Notes: generated from the letters alone by a model not told the origin. DNA of 64,000 nt from an uncultured Chloroflexia bacterium (GCA_963819655.1 CAWFXA010000001.1:32001-96000); one strand, 5' to 3'. Positions 38,580-48,614 are shown, counted from the stretch's first letter. Numbers and translations are program-made.

Positions 38580-41123
38580 ATGCCTTCTCGTTCCCTGCGC
38601 CGTGCCGTCCTCGGGTCGGCCGTCCGATCGTATCGGCGGCCGGGCATCCGCGCGGTCGTCGTGGCGCCCGCCATCGCGGTCATCGTCGTCATGGCCGTCA
38701 TCGTCTCGAATAGCGTCGCGAACGAGCTTCGCGAGGGCGCCAAGGAAGCCGCAGTGCACAACGTCGAGGCGATCGTCCGTGGCTACGTCGATCCGGCGCT
38801 GCACGAGACGAGCCTCGATCTCGACGCGCGGCATGATCCGGCGATCGACGCACAGCTCGAGCGATTGGTGCTGTCGGGCGAGATCCGCCGAATCAATCTT
38901 TGGTCACGCGATGGACGGATCGTGTACTCGAGTGAGCCCGCGCTCCGCGGCCAGCGCTTGTCGATCGGCCCGCTCCTCGCGAGTGCCTACGCCGGCGACG
39001 GCGTCGCGCGCTACATCGGGGCAGACGAGTCCACGGTCGGTACCAGCAGCGTGCCCGGCGACAGCGCGTCACCGACGTCGGACCGCTACCTCGAGCTGTT
39101 CGTACCCATCCGCGGCGCGGTCGACGGCAACCCGATCGGCGTGTACGACGTGTACCAGGATGCCCGCCTCATCGAACAGCGCGTTGCTGCCGTCCGGTCA
39201 GGCGTGTTCGTGGTCGCGCTGTTCGCGTCGAGCCTGCTGGCGGCCCTGATCTGGATGGCATTCGGGGGCGCGTCGCGTGTGCTCGCCGCCCAGAACCGCC
39301 GCCTCCAGGAGCAGGCCACGACGGAGCGGCTGCTGCTCGTCGACCTGCAGCGCAGTGAAGAGCGCTTCCGCTCTCTCGTGCGGAATGCGTCGGACGGTGT
39401 CGTGGTGCTCGGTGACGATGGCCTGATCCGGTACGAGAGCCCGGCTGTCGAGCGGATCCTGGGTCGCCGCCCGGACGATGGGGTGGGCCAGCCCGCGATC
39501 GCGGATGTGCATCCCGACGACCGGGCGACCGTCGAGCGTCGCCTGCACGACGTGGCATCAGCGAGTGGTTCGGAGGCGGCCATGGAGTTCCGCGCCCGGC
39601 ACGCGGATGGCTCGTGGCGGACGCTCGAGGCGATCGCCAAGAACCTGCTCGACGACCCCGCCGTCGGGGGCGTGGTCGTCAACTATCGCGACATCACCGA
39701 GCGCAAGGCGCTCGAGGAGCAGCTTCGCCACCAGGCCTTCCACGACGTCCTGACCGGGCTGGCGAACCGCTCGCTGTTCCGAGACCGGCTCGGCCACGCA
39801 CTGGCGCGCGCCGCGCGGGGCGCACTCCCGACGGCCGTCCTGTACCTGGACCTCGATGACTTCAAAGCGATCAACGACCGCCTCGGCCACGCCGAAGGCG
39901 ACCGCTTGCTCGTCGCAGTCGGCGAGCGGCTGCTCACCGCCACGCGGGCCGGCGACACGGTGGCGCGCCTGGGCGGAGACGAGTTCGCGATCATCGTCGA
40001 GGAGACCGATCCGACGGAGGCTGCACAGGCCGCGACACGGATCCTCCAGGCGCTCGCGCCACCGTTCGACGTGGGCGGCCGCGAGATCGTCGCGCGCGCG
40101 AGCATCGGGATCGCGATCCGGACGGCGGACGGCGGCGATGCGGATGAGCTGCTCCGGCGCGCGGACATCGCGATGTATGCGGCCAAGGCCCGCGGCGGGG
40201 AATGCCACGTCACGTACGAGGCCGAGCTGTACGACGCCACCGTCGCCCGGATGGAGCTAAAGGCCGACCTGCAGGGCGCGCTCGAACGTGGCGAGCTCCA
40301 CGTCGCCTACCAGCCCATCGTCGACATCGACTCGGGTGCCATGTCGGGATCCGAGGCGCTCATGCGCTGGGATCATCCTCAACGAGGTCCCGTCCCGCCC
40401 ACGGAGTTCATCCCGCTCGCCGAAGAGAACGCGCTCATCCTCGATCTCGGTCGATGGATCCTCGAGACGGCCTGCCGGCAGACGCGCGAATGGCAGAAGC
40501 AGACGGGCCGGCCCGACCTCACCGTGAGCGTCAACCTGTCGGGGCGCCAGATCGCGGATGTCGGTCTCGTCGCCGACGTGTCGCGCGTCCTGGCGACGAC
40601 GGGCCTCGATCCGCGCTGCCTCACGCTCGAGATAACCGAGACCGTCCTCATCCAGGATGTCGAGGCGACGGTCGGTGCGTTCCGGGCTCTCAAGGCGCTC
40701 GGCATACGCCTCGCCATCGACGACTTCGGGACGGGCTACTCGTCTCTCAGCTACCTGCGCCAGTTCCCGATCGACATCCTCAAGATCGACCGTTCGTTCG
40801 TCGCCAGCCTCGATGGCACGAGCGAGTCGAACGCTCTCGTTCGCTCGATCATCAACCTGAGCTCGACGCTGCGGCTCGATACCGTGGCGGAGGGCATCGA
40901 GACGTCCCAGCAGCGCGACGTCCTCCACGGCCTCGGTGCGCAACGCGGCCAGGGCCACCTCTTTGCGCGCGCGATGGGTCCGGCCCAGCTTCTCGACGTC
41001 CTCACCGGTCGGACGGCGACCGGTACCACGGATGGATCCGTCACACGAGGTAGCGACGGTCGCACGCCTTCGGCTGGCCGGTCGCGCCGTCGACCCGTCC
41101 ACGAACGAGCCATCCGTCGATGA
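38580..41123 (+). CDS. Membrane PAS-GGDEF-EAL diguanylate cyclase/phosphodiesterase
   Basis: Two TMs around a sensor domain, PAS (VHPDD, DITERK), RAGD I-site, GGDEF, EAL, DDFGTGYSSL, VAEGIE. Confidence 0.95.
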   Translation: MPSRSLRRAVLGSAVRSYRRPGIRAVVVAPAIAVIVVMAVIVSNSVANELREGAKEAAVHNVEAIVRGYVDPALHETSLDLDARHDPAIDAQLERLVLSGEIRRINLWSRDGRIVYSSEPALRGQRLSIGPLLASAYAGDGVARYIGADESTVGTSSVPGDSASPTSDRYLELFVPIRGAVDGNPIGVYDVYQDARLIEQRVAAVRSGVFVVALFASSLLAALIWMAFGGASRVLAAQNRRLQEQATTERLLLVDLQRSEERFRSLVRNASDGVVVLGDDGLIRYESPAVERILGRRPDDGVGQPAIADVHPDDRATVERRLHDVASASGSEAAMEFRARHADGSWRTLEAIAKNLLDDPAVGGVVVNYRDITERKALEEQLRHQAFHDVLTGLANRSLFRDRLGHALARAARGALPTAVLYLDLDDFKAINDRLGHAEGDRLLVAVGERLLTATRAGDTVARLGGDEFAIIVEETDPTEAAQAATRILQALAPPFDVGGREIVARASIGIAIRTADGGDADELLRRADIAMYAAKARGGECHVTYEAELYDATVARMELKADLQGALERGELHVAYQPIVDIDSGAMSGSEALMRWDHPQRGPVPPTEFIPLAEENALILDLGRWILETACRQTREWQKQTGRPDLTVSVNLSGRQIADVGLVADVSRVLATTGLDPRCLTLEITETVLIQDVEATVGAFRALKALGIRLAIDDFGTGYSSLSYLRQFPIDILKIDRSFVASLDGTSESNALVRSIINLSSTLRLDTVAEGIETSQQRDVLHGLGAQRGQGHLFARAMGPAQLLDVLTGRTATGTTDGSVTRGSDGRTPSAGRSRRRPVHERAIRR

Positions 41124-41149
41124 CTCAACTCTCCTTGCGAGGTACTCCC

Positions 41150-41581
41150 ATGTCGATCTCCCGAAAGCCCCTGGGGCGCCGCATCGTTCCGATCCTGACC
41201 GTCGCGCTGATCGTGGCTGCCACGATCGTCGCCGCATGCTCGGCCGCCGCTGCCGTACCGCCACGGACCATCGGCCTGGAGACGCTGAACGACTCCGGCG
41301 TGACTGGGACGGTCGCCTTCAGCGACCTGGGCGGCAGGACGCGAGTCGATGTGACGGTCGACCCGGCCGATAATCCCGACATGCCGGCGCACATCCACCC
41401 GGGCACCTGCGACGAACTGACGCCGCAGCCGAAGTACCCACTCGAGAACGTTCGGAACGGGACGTCCACGACCGTCGTCCCCGCATCGATCGCCGAGCTG
41501 TTCGCCGGGGGCCTCGCCGTCAACATCCACAAGTCGAACGACGACCTCAAGACCTATACCGCGTGCGTCGATATCCGCTGA
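41150..41581 (+). CDS. Exported CHRD/Cu-Zn SOD-like fold lipoprotein
   Basis: Signal with VAAC lipobox; AHIHPGTC, YPL, AVNIHKS, ACVDI. Confidence 0.7.
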   Translation: MSISRKPLGRRIVPILTVALIVAATIVAACSAAAAVPPRTIGLETLNDSGVTGTVAFSDLGGRTRVDVTVDPADNPDMPAHIHPGTCDELTPQPKYPLENVRNGTSTTVVPASIAELFAGGLAVNIHKSNDDLKTYTACVDIR

Positions 41582-41976
41582 CCGGTCGTTCGTCGCGCAG
41601 ACGCGCTGCGCTCGGCCTTGCGCTCGTGCTGCTGCTCTCGGCATGCCAGGCCGCGGGTCCGGCGCCGTCTTCGCCTGCGCCCGGCACTGTCCGTCTCGCC
41701 GTGGGCACGGCGCCCGGCGAGACCCTGGCGTTCGAACCGGCGGAGATCGCAGTCAGTGAGATCGGCCCCGTCACTGTGACGTTCCGGAACCACTCGAGTC
41801 TCGCGCACAACCTCGTCTTCACCGAGGGGCTGTCCGCCGCCACCAGGACGATCGTGGAGCCCGGCACGTTCGAGGAGCTGCAGCTCGTCCCGCCGCGCGC
41901 CGGCGTCTACCCGTTCGTGTGCACGATCCATAGCGAGATGGCCGGCCGGCTCGTGGTCGGAGCAGCCTCCGCATAG
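41563..41976 (+). CDS. Cupredoxin/plastocyanin-like lipoprotein
   Basis: LSAC lipobox; HN...YPFVCTIHSEM type-1 Cu ligands. Confidence 0.85.
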   Translation: MRRYPLTGRSSRRRAALGLALVLLLSACQAAGPAPSSPAPGTVRLAVGTAPGETLAFEPAEIAVSEIGPVTVTFRNHSSLAHNLVFTEGLSAATRTIVEPGTFEELQLVPPRAGVYPFVCTIHSEMAGRLVVGAASA

Positions 41977-41981
41977 GGGCA

Positions 41982-42035
41982 TTGACAATCGGGGTCGCGT
42001 TGCTATTATTCCGCTAGGTTAATTAACCGACTAGC
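41982..42035 (+). promoter_or_regulatory. Promoter and ArsR operator
   Basis: TTGACA, TG-n-TATTAT, dyad GCTAGGTTAATTAACCGACTAGC. Confidence 0.7.
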
Positions 42036-42038
42036 GAA

Positions 42039-42407
42039 ATGACCGACACGACCGACACCCTCAGCCCGATCTTCGCCGCCCTCGCCGATCCGACCCGCCG
42101 GGCCATGGTGGCCCGACTGGCGGAGGGCGAGGCGACGGTGACCGAGTTGGCTGCGCCCTTCGACATGAGTCTGCCGGCGATCTCGAAGCACCTGAAGGTG
42201 CTCCAGCGTGCCGGGCTCGTCGAACAGGGTCGCCAGGCGCAGTGGCGGCCGTGCCGGCTCAAACCCGAGCCACTCCGCGATATCGCGAGCTGGCTCGAGC
42301 GATACAGGGCATTCCTCGGGGAGCGCTACGACCGACTCGACGAGTACCTCCGCGAGCTACAGGACACCGGAGAGGAGCAGGACGATGGCAGTGCAGCAAC
42401 TGGGTAA
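42039..42407 (+). CDS. ArsR/SmtB family regulator
   Basis: FAALADPTRR, PFDMSLPAISKHLKVL, QWRPC. Confidence 0.93.
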   Translation: MTDTTDTLSPIFAALADPTRRAMVARLAEGEATVTELAAPFDMSLPAISKHLKVLQRAGLVEQGRQAQWRPCRLKPEPLRDIASWLERYRAFLGERYDRLDEYLRELQDTGEEQDDGSAATG

Positions 42408-42876
42408 CGAGACGACGACGGTCTATGCCGATGGAGCGGAGCTCGTCATGGAGCGCACCTTCGACGCGCCAAGCGAGCTGGTCTGGAAGGCGCTCACCGA
42501 GGCCGAGCGGATCCCGCGCTGGTGGGGGCCGCGCAAGACGTCGATGACCGTCGAGGTGATGGACGTCCGGGTCGGCGGCAAGTGGCGCTGGGTGGCCCAC
42601 TCGGACGACGGCGATGCGCCGTTCACGGGCGAATATCTCGAGGTCGATCCGCCGAAGCGTCTCGTGAACACGGAGATCTTCGACGTCGAGCCGTTCAATG
42701 CGCTCCCGCCGGCGATCGTGACGCAGACCCTCGAAGATATCGGTGGCAAGACGAAGCTCGTCAGCCGATCGGTCTTCCCGTCCGCGGAGGTCCTGGAGGG
42801 TGCGCTGGCGACCGGCATGATCGGCGGCGCGATCGAATCGTGGGACCGCCTCGCGGAGGAGATCGCGAGCATCTGA
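42385..42876 (+). CDS. SRPBCC/AHSA1 domain protein
   Basis: ERTFDAP.ELVW, WWGP, DVRVGGKWR, GM..G..ESWDRL. Confidence 0.9.
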   Translation: MAVQQLGNETTTVYADGAELVMERTFDAPSELVWKALTEAERIPRWWGPRKTSMTVEVMDVRVGGKWRWVAHSDDGDAPFTGEYLEVDPPKRLVNTEIFDVEPFNALPPAIVTQTLEDIGGKTKLVSRSVFPSAEVLEGALATGMIGGAIESWDRLAEEIASI

Positions 42877-42899
42877 CAGGTCGACGTCAAGGGCCGACA

Positions 42900-42931
42900 A
42901 TGACCGCCGGGCGAATACGCCCGGCGGTCAT
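42900..42931 (+). terminator. Strong hairpin after arsR-SRPBCC
   Basis: ATGACCGCCGGGCG-aata-CGCCCGGCGGTCAT 14-bp perfect stem. Confidence 0.75.
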
Positions 42932-42974
42932 CACGTACCCGGCGCGGGGACGATGGCCTCGAACGGAGGCAGCC

Positions 42975-43529
42975 ATGAACATCATCGGTCGGATCCTGGC
43001 ACTGCTCACGGGTGGGTTCATCTTGACGTCGATCGCGGCCGCCATCGCGGCACGGGCCATGAAACAGCGGATCGTCCGTGTCGATGCGCCCGACGCCAAC
43101 GACGTCACGCTCGCGGCGATCTTCGAGCCGATCAACTTCCGAAGTCGCGCGACCGCGTTCCGCGGAGGGACGCTCGACCTGTGGTACGGCGGCGGCATCA
43201 TCGACCTCCGAGATGCCTTCCTCGACCCGGGTGGTGCGCGGCTCGATGTCCGAGCCGTGTTCGGCGGCGCGCAGATCGTGGTGCCTGAGACGTGGCGGGT
43301 GACGACGAACGTCGTGGGCCTCGGCGGCATCGGCGATGGCCGAAGCAAGGTCGAACGGCCCGTCACGGCGCCCCTTCTCGTCATCGACGGCGTCGCGATC
43401 ATGGGCGGGTTCGGGATCACCTCGGAGCTGTCCGAGCAGCAGGCGACCGCTGTCGCCGACGCCGTCGCGCGTCGGAACGGCGCCACGGGACAGGCCTTCG
43501 CCGAGACGGAGCCGGCTCCCGTCGTCTAA
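42975..43529 (+). CDS. LiaF-like (DUF2154-type) beta-repeat protein
   Basis: FRGG, GGG.IDLRDA, AVFGG.QIVVPETW.V, MGG; N-terminal TM. Confidence 0.75.
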   Translation: MNIIGRILALLTGGFILTSIAAAIAARAMKQRIVRVDAPDANDVTLAAIFEPINFRSRATAFRGGTLDLWYGGGIIDLRDAFLDPGGARLDVRAVFGGAQIVVPETWRVTTNVVGLGGIGDGRSKVERPVTAPLLVIDGVAIMGGFGITSELSEQQATAVADAVARRNGATGQAFAETEPAPVV

Positions 43530-43539
43530 GGGGTCTCCC

Positions 43540-44025
43540 CTACTCGACGGTCCACGCGATCAGCGGCGGGCGGACGGTCGCGCAGCGCGGCCAGCCCTGC
43601 TCGTCGGTCAGGCCGATGTGGCCGACGAGGGTCATCCCGGGAACCGCGGCGGCCTCGAAGATGGCCCGGTCCATCTCGAAGAGCCTGAACTTGGCTGCGC
43701 GGAAGACGACGAACCGGCCTTCGTCGTCCTCACGCACCCAGCGCAGACCGAGATGCCGTTCACCGCGAGGACCGAGGACGTATGGGCCACTGAAGTCGAA
43801 CTCCCCTGTGTCGGTCTCGCGCAGGTCGACGTCGAACGCCCATACCGCCCGCTCGGCGTCACCCGGGACGAGCTCGTCGGTCGCGGTGCCGCGCGCCAGG
43901 CCGACGTGGACGTTCTCGTACCACAGGCCGCCCATGTCCGGTCCGCAGCGCCGGCCGGGCAGGGCAGTGCCCTCGATGCGGACACGGATGGAGCCGATCG
44001 AACGAGCCTGTGCCCGACGTTCCAA
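43540..44025 (-). CDS. DUF5990-like protein (start uncertain)
   Basis: IRIEG..LPGRRC, YENVHVG, GPYV.G..GER, FRAAK, P.CATVRPP..W. Confidence 0.75.
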   Translation of the reverse strand: MERRAQARSIGSIRVRIEGTALPGRRCGPDMGGLWYENVHVGLARGTATDELVPGDAERAVWAFDVDLRETDTGEFDFSGPYVLGPRGERHLGLRWVREDDEGRFVVFRAAKFRLFEMDRAIFEAAAVPGMTLVGHIGLTDEQGWPRCATVRPPLIAWTVE

Positions 44026-44043
44026 GGTCAGCCCGGAACGACG

Positions 44044-45204
44044 TCAGTCGCTGTGGTCGTCGGCGATCGGGAGGGCGTACCCGAACTCAGAGCCGCCGCC
44101 GTCGCGGGTCTTGGCCCAGATCCGGCCACCCAGGATCGTCACGACGTGCTTGCTCGCGCTGAGCCCGATGCCGAGACCGCCACTCATGCGTCGCGCCGCG
44201 TCCGTCCGGTAGAACGCCGTGAACAGGCGCTCCTCCTCTTCCGGCGGCACACCGATCCCTCGGTCCAGCACCAGGACCCTCGCCTCGTCGCCGACGCCCC
44301 GCACGACGATCTCGATCGGCTGCGATGGCGGGCTGTACTTGACGGCGTTGCCCAGGATGTTGTCGGTCAGCAGCTCGAGATAGCCCTGATCGGCCTCGAC
44401 GATGAGGTCGTCGAGCTGCACATCGAGGCGGATGTCCCGCCCGGGATGGCGCTTGGCGAAGGACCCGACGATGTGGCGAACGACGTGGCCAAGGACCTGC
44501 GGCTCGAGGTCGATCCGCTGCTCGCTGCCGGCTCGCGTCAGGAGCAGGAGGTTCTCGACGAGGCCCAGGAGGCGCTCGGCGTCGGTGGCGATGTCGGCGA
44601 CCATCTCGGCATGGCGCTCCGGGCCCCACTCGCTGTCCTGGAGCAGCCGCGCGTTGCCGAAGATCGTCGTGACGGGCGTGCGCAACTCATGGGACACGAG
44701 CCCAAGGAATTCGTCCTTCACGGTGTTGGCGGCCCGGAGCGCATCCTCGGCCCGGCGTCGCTCGGTGACGTCGACGAGCACGTTGATGCCCCCGACCAGA
44801 GTCCCCTCGGCGTCGTAGACGACCGTCGGATACGGGACGAACGCGGCTCTCGTCCCGTCCGGACGCTCGGCGACGCCCTCGTAGCCGCGGACCGAACGGC
44901 CTTCCTTGAGGGCGATGGCCATCGGGCATTCGTCGTGCCGCATCGGCCGGCCGTCGGGCCAGTACAGCTTCAACGAGCCGCACCAGTCTTCGCCGATCTC
45001 GGGCCGGCGTCCCCAGAACTCGACGGCCGCCTCGTTGAAGAACGTGATGCGCCCAGCGGCGTCGGTCGTGTAGGCCGCCACGCCAAGAGTCTCGAGGAAC
45101 TGCCGGTAGCTCGGACTGTCGATCGAGGGAGCGTCGAACAGTGGCCTGATCTTCGAATCGATGGCAGCTGGACGGATGGCTGTGGGCGCGCGCTCCGGTG
45201 TCAC
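44044..45204 (-). CDS. Cytoplasmic PAS-domain sensor histidine kinase
   Basis: PAS (TTDAAGRITFFN, WCGS, ECPM), SHELRTP, NAVKYS, DRGIG, GLGIGL. Confidence 0.92.
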   Translation of the reverse strand: MTPERAPTAIRPAAIDSKIRPLFDAPSIDSPSYRQFLETLGVAAYTTDAAGRITFFNEAAVEFWGRRPEIGEDWCGSLKLYWPDGRPMRHDECPMAIALKEGRSVRGYEGVAERPDGTRAAFVPYPTVVYDAEGTLVGGINVLVDVTERRRAEDALRAANTVKDEFLGLVSHELRTPVTTIFGNARLLQDSEWGPERHAEMVADIATDAERLLGLVENLLLLTRAGSEQRIDLEPQVLGHVVRHIVGSFAKRHPGRDIRLDVQLDDLIVEADQGYLELLTDNILGNAVKYSPPSQPIEIVVRGVGDEARVLVLDRGIGVPPEEEERLFTAFYRTDAARRMSGGLGIGLSASKHVVTILGGRIWAKTRDGGGSEFGYALPIADDHSD

Positions 45205-45414
45205 CTCGGGTGCATACCACACGCCGCTACCGCGTGGAAGGTACGCGCTCGGCTTGTGATGCGTCTGCAATGCCAGACCCCGCTCTCAGAGGCGCTCCCG
45301 GTTGGTTTCGTGCCTGTCGTGTTTATCGTTGACGAGGGGCCGATACAGCATGGCAACGGTTGCCGCCCCCGGCTTGCAAGCGGCTGGCGGACGGCACCCG
45401 CGTACCATCCGCGC

Positions 45415-45810
45415 ATGGATCGTCCTGCTCGACTCTTGTATGCCGCTGTCGTGGTCGCGGTCGCCGTAGGTCTCGCGGGGTGCGGTCTCACGCGGACCAT
45501 CGTGAACGGCGATCCGCCGGTCCCTGCCGGACCGCTCGGTCCGGTTGTCGCCGGTCAGGCCGGCGGACCGCCGGTCGAGTGTCGCGGGGTCCCGATCGAT
45601 GAGTGCCGGAGCATGGGCGGCGTCGACGGTCCGGACGTGGTTCGCGTCATCGTGACCTGCATGACCGTATGTACCCGCGCCAAGGGCGACCTGCGGATCG
45701 ACGTCCTGCGTCCGAACGGCACGACGGAATCGATGGGGCAAGGGTCGTACGCAGGGGCAGAAGCGGTCCCCGAGCCCGCCATCCCGCCGGAGCCGGTCGG
45801 CAGCCCCTAG
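45415..45810 (+). CDS. Cys-containing lipoprotein of unknown function
   Basis: LAGC lipobox; four further Cys; TACCAT 6 nt upstream. Confidence 0.7.
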   Translation: MDRPARLLYAAVVVAVAVGLAGCGLTRTIVNGDPPVPAGPLGPVVAGQAGGPPVECRGVPIDECRSMGGVDGPDVVRVIVTCMTVCTRAKGDLRIDVLRPNGTTESMGQGSYAGAEAVPEPAIPPEPVGSP

Positions 45811-45820
45811 GGTCGGACCC

Positions 45821-46579
45821 ATGACTCGCGTCACCTGGCTAGGTCATGCGACCGTGCTACTCGAAATGTCAGGGTTCCGGCTCCTGTTCGATCCCCTGCT
45901 CGTGACCGGGATCGGGCCGGTCCGGCGGCGCGCGAAGCCCCTGACCGTCGACCCGCAGTCGATCGATGCCATCCTGATCTCGCACGCGCACCAGGATCAT
46001 CTCCACGTGCCGAGCCTTCGACAATTCCGGCGCGACATCCGTCTGATCGTTCCTGTCGGGACGGGACGGCTCCTCAGAGCGAACGGCTTCATCGACGTGA
46101 CCGAGCTTGCTGAAGGCGGCACGACGTCGCTCGGCGACGTCCTCGTCCGGGCGGTCCCGGCGGCTCACGACGGGCGCCGCGTGCCGTTCGGGCCGGCAGC
46201 ACCAGCCCTCGGCTATGTCATCGAGGGTGAGCGCACCGTCTATTTCGCGGGTGACACGGACCTGTTCCCGGCGATGTCGGAGGTGGCCGAAGACCTCGAC
46301 ATCGCGATCCTTCCGATCGGCGGGTGGGGGCCGACGCTTCGGGGCGGACACCTCGACCCGGAGCGGGCCGCGCTGGCCCTGACGATGCTGCGACCCCGGA
46401 TGGCGATCGCCGTGCATTGGGGAACTCTGTGGCCGATCGGACTTGGCCGGGTTCGGCGTCACAGGTTCGAGGAGCCGGGCGCCCGGTTCATCGAAGCCGC
46501 GCGGGTCGTCGCCCCGGACGTCGCGATCCCCCAGCTCGACCCGGGCGATTCGATCGAACTGCCCCAACGGCGATGCTAG
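45821..46579 (+). CDS. MBL-fold metallohydrolase (NAPE-PLD/UlaG-like)
   Basis: TWLGHAT, SHAHQDH, YFAGDT, LPIGG, VHWGT. Confidence 0.9.
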   Translation: MTRVTWLGHATVLLEMSGFRLLFDPLLVTGIGPVRRRAKPLTVDPQSIDAILISHAHQDHLHVPSLRQFRRDIRLIVPVGTGRLLRANGFIDVTELAEGGTTSLGDVLVRAVPAAHDGRRVPFGPAAPALGYVIEGERTVYFAGDTDLFPAMSEVAEDLDIAILPIGGWGPTLRGGHLDPERAALALTMLRPRMAIAVHWGTLWPIGLGRVRRHRFEEPGARFIEAARVVAPDVAIPQLDPGDSIELPQRRC

Positions 46580-47295
46580 AGGCGTTCTTCTGGGGAGCCG
46601 TCGCCTCATCTGCGCTCGTGCTCGGGGCGCTGATCGCCTACCACCTGGCGCCGAGCCGCCGGGTGATCGCGGTCGTCATGGCGGTGGGGAGCGGCCTGCT
46701 GATCGGCTCGGTCTCCTTCGAGCTCATCGACGAGGCGATCAAGACGCGCACGGTCATCGAGATCGCCGTCCTGGTACTGGTCGGCGCTGCGGTCTTCACG
46801 ATCGGGGACTGGCTCCTGACGCGCACGGGCGGCGGCGAGCGAAAGGACCCTGAGGGCGCGCAAGCCGAGGGGTCACCCCTCGCGATCGTCCTCGGCTCGG
46901 TCCTCGACGGTATCCCCGAGGCGTTCGTGCTCGGCTTGACCGTCCTTCAAGGCGGCGTCAGCCCATCCCTTCTGGCCGGGATCGCCCTCTCCAACCTGCC
47001 GGAGGGGATGTCGTCCTCGAGCGGCCTCAAGGCGGCGCAGTGGCCCGAGCGCCGGGTGATGCTGATGTGGTCGGGCGTCGTCCTCGTATCCGCGGTGTCG
47101 GCCGCTGCGGGGTACGCCCTGCTCGACCCGGAGAGCGGCCGGACCGGGGCGCTCGTGCAGGCCTTCGCGGCCGGAGCACTGCTGGCGATGGTGGCCGACA
47201 CACTGCTGCCGGAGGCGTACAAGGTCGAGGGCGTGTGGACCGGGTCGCTGGTGGTGTTCGGCTTCGCGATCTCACTCGGCCTCTCGGCGCTCTGA
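46573..47295 (+). CDS. ZIP-family divalent metal transporter
   Basis: LDGIPE, SNLPEG, AFAAGALLAM..DT..PEA. Confidence 0.85.
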   Translation: MLEAFFWGAVASSALVLGALIAYHLAPSRRVIAVVMAVGSGLLIGSVSFELIDEAIKTRTVIEIAVLVLVGAAVFTIGDWLLTRTGGGERKDPEGAQAEGSPLAIVLGSVLDGIPEAFVLGLTVLQGGVSPSLLAGIALSNLPEGMSSSSGLKAAQWPERRVMLMWSGVVLVSAVSAAAGYALLDPESGRTGALVQAFAAGALLAMVADTLLPEAYKVEGVWTGSLVVFGFAISLGLSAL

Positions 47296-47301
47296 GCTCC
47301 C

Positions 47302-47940
47302 TTAGAAGCGATATCCCGACCGGTCGATCGCCGCGGCGACGCGTGCGATGCCTCGCATCTGGAAGACGATGGCGACGACCGAGATCACGACCCAGGCCGC
47401 GACGCCGACGAAGGAATCCGTCAGCACGCCGCCGACCAGGCCGCTGTCGAGGTTCTCGAGCTTGATCCGACCCAGGAACAGCAGCACGCCATTGACGATC
47501 GCCGCCGCACCGCTGATGGCGGAGACGTAGACCACCACCAACGCAGGGACGCCGAGAAGGAATGCGCCGGCGGCGAAGAGACCCCCGACCACGATGCCGA
47601 CGATCGTCCCAAGGATGCTGGCGTCGATCCCGAGCCAGGCCATCAGCCCGACGCCGAGCGAGTACCCGAGGGCTCCGAACGCGATGGTCACGGCGGCGTA
47701 GTACCAGAAGTACGAGATGACCGCGAGCGCCAGCCCGACGGCGATCCCGATGATCCATGACAGCACGGTCGCGAAGAAGCCCTGACCGAAGATGTCCTGT
47801 CCGAGCTGCGCGCCGGCGACGAGCCCGAAGAAAAAAGCCCAGATCGGGAGCAGGATCGTGAAGAGCCGCAACCCGAAGAATGCCCAAGCAGCCCCGATCA
47901 CGATCGCCAGAAGCCCGACGATGATCCCTTCGATCGACAT
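47302..47940 (-). CDS. DUF4203/TM7S3-like membrane protein
   Basis: FFGLRLF..LLPIW.F..G, multiple TMs. Confidence 0.75.
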   Translation of the reverse strand: MSIEGIIVGLLAIVIGAAWAFFGLRLFTILLPIWAFFFGLVAGAQLGQDIFGQGFFATVLSWIIGIAVGLALAVISYFWYYAAVTIAFGALGYSLGVGLMAWLGIDASILGTIVGIVVGGLFAAGAFLLGVPALVVVYVSAISGAAAIVNGVLLFLGRIKLENLDSGLVGGVLTDSFVGVAAWVVISVVAIVFQMRGIARVAAAIDRSGYRF

Positions 47941-47952
47941 GATGTCCCTCTA

Positions 47953-48537
47953 TCAGCCGGCGGGCCGCGGGAAGGCGGACTGGATCGCTGAGCGGGCTGC
48001 GAAGCCGCCGACGATCCAGACGATGCCGGCCAGCAACAGCTGGAGGCCGACGAAGAAGCCGATCGCCACGCCGGTCGTCGGGATCCCGCTCCACAGCCAC
48101 ACGCCGAGCAGAATGTTGATCACCGCGAGCACCGCGACGAGGCCGCGCGACGGTGTCGCCTCGCTGAAGGCGGCGAACAGCCGGATGATCCCTTCGACGA
48201 TGAGCACGATCGCGATCACGATTGTCAGGGCCACGGCGCCCTGGAGCGGGTCTGCGACGATGTTGAAGCCGACGACGGCGTACAGGATGCCCACCACGGC
48301 CATGAGCACACGGGCGCCCATCGACCCGCTCGTGGCGAACGCGCCGATGATCTGCGCGATGCCGCCGAGCACGAGCAGCCAGCCGATGAAGATCGTCGTC
48401 ACGAGCGTGGCGTCGACCACGTTCCCCAGGGCGATCACCCCGAGGATGACAAGGACCACCCCGAACCCCACGAACCACTTCCAGCGGCTTCGCAGCTCGG
48501 CCTCGCTCGGTAGTTGCATGAAGTTCACGCTGTCCAC
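47953..48537 (-). CDS. HdeD/DUF308 family membrane protein
   Basis: WKWFVGFGVVLVILG, two DUF308-like repeats. Confidence 0.85.
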   Translation of the reverse strand: MDSVNFMQLPSEAELRSRWKWFVGFGVVLVILGVIALGNVVDATLVTTIFIGWLLVLGGIAQIIGAFATSGSMGARVLMAVVGILYAVVGFNIVADPLQGAVALTIVIAIVLIVEGIIRLFAAFSEATPSRGLVAVLAVINILLGVWLWSGIPTTGVAIGFFVGLQLLLAGIVWIVGGFAARSAIQSAFPRPAG

Positions 48538-48614
48538 CTCCTACCTCGAAGACTCCGGGCTCGAGCGCACGCGCTGCCGCTGATTTTCCACCTGCATGCA
48601 AGAGCTCGGGCCCA

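Noticed and set aside
45205-45414. Possible c-di-GMP or other riboswitch upstream of the kinase
   Set aside because: No consensus I can recognise; needs an Rfam search
43336-45810. 824-aa plus-strand ORF
   Set aside because: Antisense shadow of the DUF5990 and kinase genes; only the last 131 codons look like a real gene
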